From: a virus
IMG/VR virus record: IMGVR_UViG_3300020027_000004
Span: 17,986 to 81,985 of that record
DNA length: 64,000 bases
Reading direction: 5' to 3' (one strand)
Position numbers and translations under genes: made by a program
Notes under the pieces: model-generated
Told to the model about the DNA's origin: nothing
Databases searched by the model: none
What the model saw: the letters and a program-made list of their open reading frames with translations, nothing else
Shown: piece after piece, positions 1 through 9,278 of the stretch
Numbering within the stretch: position 1 is the first letter of the stretch
How the letters are laid out: each line of letters opens with the position of its first letter

Positions 1-52
1 GCCTCGCGTGCGGCACGGACTCGTCAGTCGGTTGCATCGCTGGAGTGCGGTC

Positions 53-335
53 GTGAGCCGATGGACGTGCATCGATTGCGGCGACACGAGCGATGACGAG
101 GACGCCGACTGCTCGTGCGATGACACCTGCACCGAGCACATCGAGACGATCAAGCGGCTGCGCGCCGAGATCGTCTCGCTCCGAACTAGACGGGATGAGC
201 TACTCGCAACCATCGTTCGCGTCACGAACGAGACCCCGTTCCCCGATGAGGTGTTGGGAGTCGCAGCGCGCTGCGATGCTCGCCGAGATAGGGAGCCTGC
301 GAGCGCAACTGGCGGACGCGGGGCGCTCGCGATGA
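53..335 (+). pseudogene. Small CxxC/coiled-coil protein with an apparent frameshift near 255
   Basis: The GTG53 frame reads protein-like to PFPDEVL; the protein-like tail WESQRAAMLAEIGSLRAQL lies in another frame and ends at 335 in an ATGA overlap with the next gene. Confidence 0.45.
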
Positions 336-619
336 GCGGTTCGCTACCAACCGCAGCGTGCTCGAGGTGCGGCGGGACCGGGATCATGGTGCTGCCGCGG
401 CGCGCTGCTGCCACGTTCGATCACGTGACGAACGAGTGGCAGACCACCGATGTGATTCGCCTCGCGGTCGATCCGCACCTCTCCATCCCTGGCATCACCC
501 AGCGCCTCTACCGGCTCGTGGCGATGGGCGCGATCGAACGGCGCTATCCGTACGGCAGCTCACCTCGCGGGAAGCATCGCCAGTGCGAGTGGCGGAGGAT
601 TCAAACGACGTGCGGATGA
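332..619 (+). CDS. Hypothetical protein, CxxC plus possible winged-helix DNA-binding segment
   Basis: ATG332 overlaps the upstream stop; CSRCGG motif; ITQRLYRLVAMGAIERR resembles a wHTH. Confidence 0.5.
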   Translation: MSGSLPTAACSRCGGTGIMVLPRRAAATFDHVTNEWQTTDVIRLAVDPHLSIPGITQRLYRLVAMGAIERRYPYGSSPRGKHRQCEWRRIQTTCG

Positions 620-680
620 GCGCGCGAATCACAGGATTTCAACAGCGGCTGTCCCGTCGGAAAACACCGGAGTTATTCAC

Positions 681-1124
681 ATGCGGATCTTGAGCTTCAG
701 CCAGCCCTGGTGCTGGGGCATCTTCAACGCGTCGAAACGGATCGAGAACCGCAGCTGGCTCCCTCCGATCGAGTGCATCGGCCAGCGGTTCATCATCCAC
801 GCCGCGAAGTCATGGGATGCCGATGCGATCGGGTTCTTCCTCCGGCTCGGGCTGGACGGGTTCCCCGGTCGCAAGGATCTCTATCCGAGCGCGTGCGTGG
901 TCGGTGTCGCGACCATCACGCGGTGCGTGACGAAGGTGGACACGCTGCCGCCCGATCAGCACCGGTGGTATTTCGGTCCGTGCGGGTGGCTCCTCGAAGA
1001 CGTGCGCGAGCTGGCCGCCGACGATCGCATACCGTGGAAGGGAGCGCAGGGTCTCCGCCACGCCACACCCGAGCTCGTCGAGCGGGTCAACGCGGTGTTG
1101 CCGCGCGCGAGGATCTGCGCGTGA
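681..1124 (+). CDS. ASCH domain protein
   Basis: Signature LSFSQPW..GIF..SKRIENRSW...FIIHAAK...GxQG. Confidence 0.9.
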   Translation: MRILSFSQPWCWGIFNASKRIENRSWLPPIECIGQRFIIHAAKSWDADAIGFFLRLGLDGFPGRKDLYPSACVVGVATITRCVTKVDTLPPDQHRWYFGPCGWLLEDVRELAADDRIPWKGAQGLRHATPELVERVNAVLPRARICA

Positions 1125-1411
1125 AGACCCGCGAGCAGATTCTCGAGAAGCAACGCGCGAACTCGAAGGCTCGCCGCGCTGAGCTCGCTGGCGATGGCTG
1201 GTGTCTCAACAATCGCGCGCACGGGCTCGCGACCCACGGCAAGCTGTGCCGCAAGTGCCGCGCGAAGCACCGCAAGGTGCCGCTCGAGATGGTGTCGGAG
1301 GTGATTCCGCGGCCGCCAGCGACAGCAACCGAGGTGCAGGAGTTCGTGTACGAGTCGGATCTCGAGGATGCGTTCGTGGCCATCAACGTGCGCGTGCGTG
1401 GTGCAGCGTGA
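1121..1411 (+). CDS. Hypothetical Cys/His-containing protein
   Basis: GTGA overlaps at both ends; CxxxxxH...CxxC. Confidence 0.55.
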   Translation: MKTREQILEKQRANSKARRAELAGDGWCLNNRAHGLATHGKLCRKCRAKHRKVPLEMVSEVIPRPPATATEVQEFVYESDLEDAFVAINVRVRGAA

Positions 1412-2037
1412 GCGATTCGGCGGCGTCGATTCTCGACGATCGCGCGCTCACGAAGGAGGAACGCGAGGCGATCGCCGACGAGCCGAGGCGTGGCGTCTGG
1501 ATCGAATCGCACAACGGATTCGTGATCGGCGACGGGCGCCCGCTCACCCAGCACGAGACTGATTGCACGATCGTCCGCGAGTTGCTGCGCTCCGCCAAAT
1601 GGCGCGATGTCTTCGCGCACGAGGAGAACTCGCTCGCCATCGTCGAGCCCTGGCTCCACCAGATTCGGCTCGACGCAGAGGCGGGGCACCGAGAGCGCCA
1701 GAAAATGGCCGGGTTCCCGCGCGGCAATCCAGAGAAGCGCTACGTGGTTCCTAGTCAGCAGCGTTGTGGGCTGCATTCGGATGACTTGATCCGACTGCTG
1801 AGCTTCCGCGTGTGGGGAAATCGCGATCGCGACCTCGGAAAGACTCTCGCGGTCATTCTCGGGGTGGCGCGTTCGGGCGCAGGCGCCAGCGCTGGCGAGA
1901 TCGTGCGGTCGATGCATGATTTCTGCCGTCAGGCTGATCTTGCCGAGGCGGAGAACATGGCGGAGACGTTCGCCGTTCTCGCGCCAGCGATCGTCGAGAT
2001 CGATCGGTTCGGCGCCCGCTTCTACGACTGGCCGTAG
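1408..2037 (+). CDS. Hypothetical protein
   Basis: GTGA overlap with the previous gene; protein-like composition. Confidence 0.6.
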   Translation: MSDSAASILDDRALTKEEREAIADEPRRGVWIESHNGFVIGDGRPLTQHETDCTIVRELLRSAKWRDVFAHEENSLAIVEPWLHQIRLDAEAGHRERQKMAGFPRGNPEKRYVVPSQQRCGLHSDDLIRLLSFRVWGNRDRDLGKTLAVILGVARSGAGASAGEIVRSMHDFCRQADLAEAENMAETFAVLAPAIVEIDRFGARFYDWP

Positions 2038-2200
2038 TTCGCGACCGGCACGATCCCCGCTGATCTCCGGACGCTCCGGACCACTCCCGAACGTCACCCC
2101 GATGTGCGAGGGTGGCGGCTGGAAGCAATCCGGACCCCGAAAACTCGGACGGCCCCCAAGCAACGAGGGGCCGGTGACTTCGATTAGGAGGATCGACTCG

Positions 2201-2647
2201 ATGACCGTATCCCATCGCCCTGACACCGCAACGCCGACCCCGCGGCGCCTCAAGTTCTCCCAGCCGGATCCCGAGCCTCGCTCCAGCTCTCGCGCGCGCC
2301 GTCCGCCTCGAGACCCCTCGAAGCCAAAGGGGCCAAGCCCCGAGGAGGCCCAGGCTGCCGCCAAGATCGCGCGCGCTGCGCGGGGCGAGCGGTTCAAGGT
2401 CCCGCCCTGGGAGCGGCCGCGGTTGCCGCACGGAGCTCGGTTCGAGCTCGACTATGACGCGGAGGCGATCCGCTGGTCGGGAACCCTCACGGCGGGCGGG
2501 ATCACGGTGGCCGGAGACTCCGGCTCGGTGATGAATCTCATGTCCGCGCTGGACGAGAAATACCGCTTCAAGGCGGCATCCGTCGCGTCAGCATCGAGGG
2601 GCGGCACGCCGGCGCCGAGCGACACATCCGATCCCGAGGTGCGGTGA
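2201..2647 (+). CDS. Hypothetical protein
   Basis: AGGAGG Shine-Dalgarno upstream of ATG2201; stop overlaps the next start. Confidence 0.6.
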   Translation: MTVSHRPDTATPTPRRLKFSQPDPEPRSSSRARRPPRDPSKPKGPSPEEAQAAAKIARAARGERFKVPPWERPRLPHGARFELDYDAEAIRWSGTLTAGGITVAGDSGSVMNLMSALDEKYRFKAASVASASRGGTPAPSDTSDPEVR

Positions 2648-3189
2648 TGCGGAAGGCGAGCCACATCGAGCGCCTGCTTTTGGCCGCGCTTCAGCAGTCG
2701 ATGGCCGGGGATAATTTCGTCGATGTGACGAACGAGTGGGACACGCCCATCAGATTCGAGGCGGACGAACTCGGGCGTTCATGGCCCAAGGAGGATTCCC
2801 CGTTTTACGGGGTGGTGAACTCGTGGGAAACCGCGTTGCTCCGCCAGGCTACCATCGTCGGATACGACGCCGATGTCTTGATCTGGAGCACTGCGGTGAC
2901 GCTGGTCATCGAGTGTGATGGAAGGGAATTCCACGAGAGGACGGTTCAACAGGCGTCGTACGATCGCGCACGTGATCGGGCGCTGCTTCGAGTTGGAGTC
3001 GATGCGGTCATTCGATTTACCGGTAGCGACATCGTGCGGGACGCGAATTCCTGCGCGCGCGAGAGTCGGGAAACCTTCGAGACCATCGTTTCCAAACGTG
3101 ACGCGATGCGGGCGCATTGGGAGGGCTTTGCCACCATAGCGACCATCCGGACGGTGTCCGAAAGGCTGAAGCGTCGGGGTGTGGGATGA
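2644..3189 (+). CDS. DUF559/Vsr-like PD-(D/E)XK endonuclease
   Basis: YDADVLI...LVIECDGREFH...DRARDRAL...VIRFTGSDI pattern. Confidence 0.85.
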   Translation: MMRKASHIERLLLAALQQSMAGDNFVDVTNEWDTPIRFEADELGRSWPKEDSPFYGVVNSWETALLRQATIVGYDADVLIWSTAVTLVIECDGREFHERTVQQASYDRARDRALLRVGVDAVIRFTGSDIVRDANSCARESRETFETIVSKRDAMRAHWEGFATIATIRTVSERLKRRGVG

Positions 3190-4574
3190 CGCGCTATCGC
3201 AAGATCGAAACCGCGATGTGGTGCGACCGCCGATTCCGCGCGCTCACCGCGCCACCGCCCAACGCGCGGGACCTCTGGATTTACCTTCTGTGCGGGCCGC
3301 GAACCACCATCTTTCCCGGGGTCGTGGTCGCCACCGAGGCGGTCATCGCGGATGATCTCCGGTGGTCAGTGAGCGGCCTTCGTGGCGCATGGGCGGAAAT
3401 TGAGTCGCACGGGATGGCGGTCGCTGACTGGGAGGCTGGCGTCATCCTCCTTCCGAAGGCACTTCAGGATGGCGCTGGTTTGCCACGCGAGAGCGCCAAG
3501 CCAGGTTCGCCGAACCAGCTTCGGCACTGGGCTAGAACGTGGGTCGAAGTGCCGGAGTGCGATCTCAAGTGTGGGTACTTGGATCAGCTTCAACGGTTCG
3601 CCGAATCGCTGGACGCTAATCGCTCCGATGACGAAAAACCCTATACAAACGCATTTCTGAACTCGTTCGAGACGAGTCTCAGACGAGTTCGAGACTCGTC
3701 CCCGACGAGTAGGGGGACTCGTCCTCGACCCGCGCGCGATCCTGATCCTGATCTCTCCCCTGTTTTAGGGGGTGGGGTTTCGGGGTTTTGGTCTCCGGAT
3801 CTCGGCGTTCCGGAGCCTCCGGATCCCCACGGCGATCGGTCGGATGATCTCGTACACGACCGTACACATAGCAGGCCTACGGTGACCCAGGGTACAATTA
3901 CAGGGTCACATGGTAACGGGGAACACATAGCCGAGGTCGAGCCGTCGCATGCACCGGTGCCTACTGCCGTACCGGTACCGTACACCGGTAGTTTCGCGCA
4001 GGAGCGCTCGGAACCTGACCCCGGCAATCCCGCGGGGAAATCCGGAAACGCGCTCCTGGGGCAAACCAGAGGCCTCTCCGTGCAAGCCAGCGATGCCGCT
4101 CCGGATCCCGAGGTCATGGCGCGGAGGGCTCTGGTACACGGGTTCCCAGCGCGGGTGAACGCGCTGCGGGTGGCGGTGGCTGCCGCGCGCAAGGTATCTC
4201 CTGGTCGGCCGGTGTCTCTCATGGGCCGGGGCGAGGTGGAGCTCATGGCCCGGCTTCGCGAAAGCGTGGACCCAGCTGGCGACTTGGAGCACGTGCTCGA
4301 GATAGCCGCAGCCGAGGCACGGACCCCACGCGGTCAGCTGCGGTGGCTGTCCTGGTCGCTGGCCGAGCCGAAGTCGTGGGCGCTCTTGCTGGCCACCACG
4401 GCCGCCGACGTCGCGGACCGCGCCGAACGCGAGCGGCTCCAGGCCGAGCGCGACGAGCGGCGCAAGCCACGCGACGTGTTCGCCGAGATCGACGCGGCCT
4501 TTGAGCGGCAGTTTCCTGGCGAGAGTGGCAATGTCGATGGTTGTCAGACTGGCGATGTAGTTTCCGCGAAATGA
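3186..4574 (+). CDS. Phage replication initiator (lambda O/replisome organiser-like)
   Basis: N-terminus RYRKI..AMWCD..FRAL....RDLWIYLL; central low-complexity PDPDL linker containing repeats; followed by a loader-like gene. Confidence 0.7.
   Translation: MTRYRKIETAMWCDRRFRALTAPPPNARDLWIYLLCGPRTTIFPGVVVATEAVIADDLRWSVSGLRGAWAEIESHGMAVADWEAGVILLPKALQDGAGLPRESAKPGSPNQLRHWARTWVEVPECDLKCGYLDQLQRFAESLDANRSDDEKPYTNAFLNSFETSLRRVRDSSPTSRGTRPRPARDPDPDLSPVLGGGVSGFWSPDLGVPEPPDPHGDRSDDLVHDRTHSRPTVTQGTITGSHGNGEHIAEVEPSHAPVPTAVPVPYTGSFAQERSEPDPGNPAGKSGNALLGQTRGLSVQASDAAPDPEVMARRALVHGFPARVNALRVAVAAARKVSPGRPVSLMGRGEVELMARLRESVDPAGDLEHVLEIAAAEARTPRGQLRWLSWSLAEPKSWALLLATTAADVADRAERERLQAERDERRKPRDVFAEIDAAFERQFPGESGNVDGCQTGDVVSAK
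3661..3723. repeat. Putative origin iterons (GACGAGT/ACTCGTC, six copies)
   Basis: Copies at 3661 (one mismatch), 3671, 3682, 3694, 3704 and 3717 in mixed orientation, 10-13 bp apart, just after an AT-richer stretch inside the initiator gene. Confidence 0.55.
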
Positions 4575-5227
4575 CTCCCTCCGAAGCGAGAGACGTAGTC
4601 AAATTCTTAATGGCCGGATACCCGACACAACGCACGTTCATGAGCGCGACGGACATCGACGGGATGCTCGCGTTCTACGTCGCGGGGCTTGTGGACCTCG
4701 ATGCCGCACCGACGCGCGCGGCCATCATCCGGCTCTCGCGCTCGGCGAAGAAGATCCCGACGGTGGCGGAGATTCGCGCGGAGGTCGTCGGCGTGCTCGC
4801 GCGCGGAGCTCGTCGCACCGGGCTCGAAGCCTGGGGCGAAGTGCTCGCGGCGGTCTCGAAATACGGCTCGCATCGCTGGCCCGGGATCGATTTCCAGTGG
4901 GGTGACCCGGTGGTCGCGCGCGTGGTCGCGGCGTTGAACTGGAGCGACATCTGCGCGAGCGAGGCCACCACGATGGTCGCGACGCGCGCACGGTTCATCG
5001 ACGCGTACGAGGCCATCGCGAAGGCCGAGCGCACCGAGGCGCAGGCATCCAACGGCGCCCGCAACGCACAACTCCAGCGCGCCGAGCTCGCACCGGCGCC
5101 AGCGCGCCACGAGCTCGAGCAACGTCGCGAGCCCGACGAGCCGGAGGACATGGGGCGGTTGCTCAAGCTCGTGATGGAGGAGGGGTTCGAGAAGGCGAGC
5201 GAGACGCTCAAGCGCGGTGGTGGATGA
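4571..5227 (+). CDS. Replicative helicase loader/inhibitor (SPP1 G39P-like)
   Basis: MTPSEARDVVKFLMAGYP...PTVAEIR...AWGEVLAAVSKYG pattern, directly downstream of the initiator. Confidence 0.75.
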   Translation: MTPSEARDVVKFLMAGYPTQRTFMSATDIDGMLAFYVAGLVDLDAAPTRAAIIRLSRSAKKIPTVAEIRAEVVGVLARGARRTGLEAWGEVLAAVSKYGSHRWPGIDFQWGDPVVARVVAALNWSDICASEATTMVATRARFIDAYEAIAKAERTEAQASNGARNAQLQRAELAPAPARHELEQRREPDEPEDMGRLLKLVMEEGFEKASETLKRGGG

Positions 5228-5385
5228 GCGACACCCGCACACGCGTCCCGTGCTCCGGTTGTCGTCGAGCGATCGTTATTCCTCCATGGCGCGAGCGTTC
5301 GTTCCCTCGTTCGGAGCGTTGGTGTATCGCGTGCTCCGGGTTCACGCCACGCGATCTACGCAACGCGTTCGTTGGGAAGCGATGA
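5224..5385 (+). CDS. Small zinc-finger protein (53 aa)
   Basis: Read directly from the sequence: MSDTRTRVPCSGCRR...WCIACSG; ATGA overlaps at both ends. Confidence 0.5.
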   Translation: MSDTRTRVPCSGCRRAIVIPPWRERSFPRSERWCIACSGFTPRDLRNAFVGKR

Positions 5386-5621
5386 GCGAGGCTGACAGCA
5401 AGCGGCTTCGGTACCTCTTGCACGAGGTCGGGATCACGCTCGACGAGCCCACGCCAGGTCGAGCACCGCAAGAGGCCACCGAGGAGCGCATCGACCGCGA
5501 CGAGATACGTCGTATCTTGATCGAGCGCGGCGCTCCGGACGATGCTTCCACGGATTGGCTGGTCGATAGCTGTCCGAGCATGGCAGCCGCGCGCGCGTTC
5601 ACACCACCGAGGAGAATCTGA
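5382..5621 (+). CDS. Hypothetical protein
   Basis: ATG5382 overlaps the previous stop. Confidence 0.5.
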   Translation: MSEADSKRLRYLLHEVGITLDEPTPGRAPQEATEERIDRDEIRRILIERGAPDDASTDWLVDSCPSMAAARAFTPPRRI

Positions 5622-5968
5622 TGGACGGACACTCGAAGGAATCGATGGCCACGTTGCGCAACATGCGCGAGGAGATCGATCACGTGCTCATCGGTCACCA
5701 GGACAGCACCGGGATGGATTGCTCGATCGATCTTGGCTATCCCGAAGGCCATCACTGTTGCTACACGTGCAACCGCGTGGGCGCGATGCTCGCGGCGTGG
5801 CGGAAGGAAACCAGCGACGATCCGCTTCCGACGCCCACTCCGATCCAGTTCGACACGCCACCATGGATCGAAACGATCAACCGAACCGAGCGGAAGGTGA
5901 CGGCAGTGGAGGAGTTGTGTACCGAGATGCTTCGCGAGTTCGCGTTGCGCAAGGCCACCGGCCGGTGA
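5621..5968 (+). CDS. Hypothetical protein
   Basis: TGATG coupling; HHCCYTC motif. Confidence 0.6.
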   Translation: MDGHSKESMATLRNMREEIDHVLIGHQDSTGMDCSIDLGYPEGHHCCYTCNRVGAMLAAWRKETSDDPLPTPTPIQFDTPPWIETINRTERKVTAVEELCTEMLREFALRKATGR

Positions 5969-6504
5969 GCGAGGTGTTCGCGTTCGTTCCGGTCACTCGG
6001 CGTTGGCGCGCGTCTCCGACCGCGAAGCGCGCGCAAGGTGCACCAACGCTGCGATGGCTTCGCTCGGCCGCCAAGCGCTGGTCGCATCCGGCATCGTTCT
6101 CTCCCTCCATCATGTGGAACCGCTGGGGTCCAGCGCACGAGCTCGGACATGTGCTCGTTGCTGGCGATGACGATGGTCGCTACCACTTCGCCTACGGGCT
6201 CTGCGGCATCGAAACATGCGACTGCACCAACGAGTGGTGTCTCGTCGTCGAGTGCGCCTCGATGATCATCTCTCGCGCGCTTCTCACCGCAGCCGGTTAC
6301 CCGGACGTGGCCGAACTCGAGCATCGCCAGACCGAAGGCGTGGAGTTCGTGGTGCTTCATCGCCGGCGAGCTCGCGCGTTGCTCAAGCGCATCGGGCTAT
6401 GGCCTGTGCCCGTCACGATCTTGGATCTGGAGAGCGCTCTCGAACGGCGATGTGCGCCAGCGCCCGCTGACGGAAACCTCACCGAGCCTACAGGGAACAC
6501 ATGA
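5965..6504 (+). CDS. Hypothetical protein with HExxH (AHELGH) metallopeptidase-like motif
   Basis: AHELGHVLVA plus a downstream Glu (VVECAS). Confidence 0.5.
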   Translation: MSEVFAFVPVTRRWRASPTAKRAQGAPTLRWLRSAAKRWSHPASFSPSIMWNRWGPAHELGHVLVAGDDDGRYHFAYGLCGIETCDCTNEWCLVVECASMIISRALLTAAGYPDVAELEHRQTEGVEFVVLHRRRARALLKRIGLWPVPVTILDLESALERRCAPAPADGNLTEPTGNT

Positions 6505-6932
6505 CAGCAGCGAACAAGATAAACGGCCACCATGCACCGATGCCCGCACAAGCCAAGCAACACGATCAAGATACGCCATCCTGGATCACGCGGTTGTTGC
6601 ACGACGATCCCGAGGGATGGTGCCGCTTGCGTGGATTGCAAGCGATGCTCGCGTTACCGCCGACGAACCAGCGCCGGCGCGTCGTGGAAGTCGAGGTGGA
6701 GCGCGGGGTCTGGGAACCAATCGACGAGCTCAGTATCGATCCCGAGCATCTCGTGCTCGCACAGTCAGGGGCGGAACTCGCGCACATCGCTGGCGAGCTC
6801 ATGGCGCGCCGTGCACGCCTCGAGTGGCGAATCGTTCCGAGCTCGGGGATCCCGCAATGGCGCATGGCCGCGCGCGGGGTGCGTGAGCACTTCGCCGACT
6901 ACCGCGATCCGACGCGCGAGGCTGGGCCCTGA
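6501..6932 (+). CDS. Hypothetical protein
   Basis: Coupled ORF in the operon. Confidence 0.6.
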   Translation: MTAANKINGHHAPMPAQAKQHDQDTPSWITRLLHDDPEGWCRLRGLQAMLALPPTNQRRRVVEVEVERGVWEPIDELSIDPEHLVLAQSGAELAHIAGELMARRARLEWRIVPSSGIPQWRMAARGVREHFADYRDPTREAGP

Positions 6933-7486
6933 TGTCCTCGAACGCGCAGCGGCATCTGACTCGGGTCGAGGCCGCGAAGCAACGCGCGGCGATCGCAGCG
7001 GAGGCGCGGCGCAAAGAGCGAGCGGATGCGAAACGCTCTGCCATTCGCGCGCTCATCGATCCGTTCCGCGAGCACGCGAGCATCGTGCTCGATGCACTCC
7101 TAGCCGACCAGGACGAGAACGGTCGGCGAGATGTCGCCGCGCTTCACGATGACATCGATAATTTGATCGATGTTGCTTTGCGGCATGCACGCGAGCGCTT
7201 TCCTCAGAGCCGATTCGAAACCGCATACATGTGGCGCGGTCGCGGTGGCGGATTCGGTGACGAGCGCGGCGATGTCTACTGCCGCTTCTGCGGCGAGCTC
7301 CAGCTCCCGAACATGCGGCGCACTAACGCATGGCGCAAGCGCGGCACGTTCAAGGAGATGCCGTGGACCCACCTGGCCATCTGCGCGCTGAAACACCTCG
7401 CGTTCGATCTTGATGTCGTCACGCCAGGAACGATGAAGCTACCGATCGACTCGCTCCCCAACCTCGAACCGAACGAGAGCCCATGA
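6932..7486 (+). CDS. Hypothetical protein (coiled coil plus CxxC)
   Basis: Coupled ORF; YCRFCG...H..IC. Confidence 0.6.
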   Translation: MSSNAQRHLTRVEAAKQRAAIAAEARRKERADAKRSAIRALIDPFREHASIVLDALLADQDENGRRDVAALHDDIDNLIDVALRHARERFPQSRFETAYMWRGRGGGFGDERGDVYCRFCGELQLPNMRRTNAWRKRGTFKEMPWTHLAICALKHLAFDLDVVTPGTMKLPIDSLPNLEPNESP

Positions 7487-8067
7487 ACCGAGAACGCCTG
7501 ATCGAGATCGCACGCGCGAGCGCCAAGGCCAAGCCACAGAGCTACTACGCCGAGCCGTTCGAGCCGCACGAATGGGTCATCGACGCGATGCTTGGAGCGA
7601 TGAAGGAGGCGGCAGCGTTCATCGAGACCGAGCTCCGCGCATCCGGTAGAGCATACGCGCGCAAGCTGGTAGATGAGGCGGCCGCGGATTCAAGCGTGGT
7701 GGGTGCGATACGCCTTGCTCACGAGCAAGTGACGAAGGAGCGCGAACGCGAACGCGCCGCGAAGGATGCCGCGTACCACGAGCGGAACCAGTGCGTGGCC
7801 GCGCTCGTCACGATGGCCACGATGCTCGGCTGGCGCCACGGCCTCGGACTTCACGACGAGTCGGATGCGAGTTGGGACCGCGAGTGGATGCACATCGTGT
7901 TCATCGACCTGCCGACGGGCCAGGTGTCGTGGCACATCCACGATCGCGGGCTGCCGATGTTCCAGCACCTGAAGCCGTATCCCGGCACATGGGATGGCCA
8001 CACCACCGACGAGAAGTATCAGCGGCTCGCCAAGCTCGAGGCGTGGCGCAGGGAGACCGCAGGATGA
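7483..8067 (+). CDS. WDGH-motif phage protein
   Basis: AYHERN...VFIDLPTGQVSWHI...WDGHTT.EKYQRL, a widespread phage family pattern. Confidence 0.75.
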   Translation: MNRERLIEIARASAKAKPQSYYAEPFEPHEWVIDAMLGAMKEAAAFIETELRASGRAYARKLVDEAAADSSVVGAIRLAHEQVTKERERERAAKDAAYHERNQCVAALVTMATMLGWRHGLGLHDESDASWDREWMHIVFIDLPTGQVSWHIHDRGLPMFQHLKPYPGTWDGHTTDEKYQRLAKLEAWRRETAG

Positions 8068-8192
8068 TGGAGCGTCAGGGCGAGGAGCTGCGGCCGCTCG
8101 CGCGAAGCGGGTGGCACGAGAGGCGTCCGGAACAGATCGCGATCGCGCCCTCTGAGCTGCGGGGCGCCTGGCTCGCGTGGTGCGCGAGGCAC

Positions 8193-8432
8193 TCACGACT
8201 CGTCCGCCTTCTTTGCGCCGGCCTGCAACCGAGCGCGCCTCGCAAGTAGCGCCTTGTCGGGTGTCGGCGGCAGCCGCTCTCCACGAAGCGTGGCGTCGCG
8301 AATATCCTCAAGCGTCCTCGCGATACGACCCAGGCGAGACACCGTCATGGCCGACCAGATGATCCAGAGGATCCAGCTGGTGAACATGAGGGCGCCAATC
8401 ACGAGGCCGACGCCGAAACCGATTGTCATCAC
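8193..8432 (-). CDS. Small single-pass membrane protein
   Basis: Hydrophobic N-terminal 30 aa; start overlaps the resolvase stop. Confidence 0.6.
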   Translation of the reverse strand: MMTIGFGVGLVIGALMFTSWILWIIWSAMTVSRLGRIARTLEDIRDATLRGERLPPTPDKALLARRARLQAGAKKADES

Positions 8433-9085
8433 GACCGCACCGCCCGTTGAGTGCTTCGTCGCTTGGTGCTGGTGGGTCCCATGGCTTGCTTCACTCCACC
8501 CTCCGGGTTGTTCGCGTCAGCCGCGCGCAGCCGCGCGACGCCGACGGTACAGCGCAGTTCCTTTGCGATCGTTGACCACGACTTGCCTTGACGCCGCAAC
8601 TCGATGACAGCCGCCGATGAGGGACCGTTCACCGGAGGCCGGCCGAGCCGTTTCCCCGACCGACGAGCGCGATCAAGTCCGAGCATGGTGCGCTCCCGAA
8701 TCAGCGTGCGCTCGAACGTTGCAACACCCGCGAGCACGGTGAGGATCAGGCCGCTGATTGCATCGCCGCCAGGCTTCACGTCGATTCCCTGCGAGGTCGC
8801 GACGAAGCGCACGCCAGCGTCCTTGAGCGCCTCGATGTTCGCGAGCACATCGAGAGTTGAGCGTCCCCAGCGATCCATCTTCCACACCGCGACCGCATCA
8901 ATCTCTCCCTTGCGGGCAGCTTCGAGCACGCGCTGGAGACCTGGGCGACCGTTCCACGCACCGCTCGCCGACTCCTCGATACACAGCGCCACGACTCCAC
9001 CGTGACGGTCGACCCACGATTCAAGTTCTGCCCGAGCGAGACCCTGATCTTGGTCGAGCGTGGATACGCGGTGGTAGATCGCCAC
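8429..9085 (-). CDS. Small serine recombinase (resolvase/invertase family) with C-terminal HTH
   Basis: AIYHRVST catalytic Ser motif, ESASG...RPGLQR, VWKMDRWGRS, FERTLIRERT..GL..AR..GKRLGRP; GTG start at 9085 chosen from the upstream AGGGGG. Confidence 0.92.
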   Translation of the reverse strand: MAIYHRVSTLDQDQGLARAELESWVDRHGGVVALCIEESASGAWNGRPGLQRVLEAARKGEIDAVAVWKMDRWGRSTLDVLANIEALKDAGVRFVATSQGIDVKPGGDAISGLILTVLAGVATFERTLIRERTMLGLDRARRSGKRLGRPPVNGPSSAAVIELRRQGKSWSTIAKELRCTVGVARLRAADANNPEGGVKQAMGPTSTKRRSTQRAVRS

Positions 9086-9278
9086 ACGTATCGCCCCCCT
9101 TGTAGAAAACGGGGGGTCAATGCGGGTGCCCTGTACTGCCCGCTTCCGGCGATTTGCGGCCATGGGCATAGCTTGTCAAATACGGTCGGTTATTACAAGA
9201 CCGCCCGAGCGGGCGGGATCAGACCGGCAGCGGGGTGGGAGTTGCAATCCGGATTGGAATATGGGCATATGCCCACGC

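Noticed and set aside
8429-9085. Phage integrase
   Set aside because: It lacks the recombinase and zinc-ribbon domains of large serine integrases; no att core was identified in the window.
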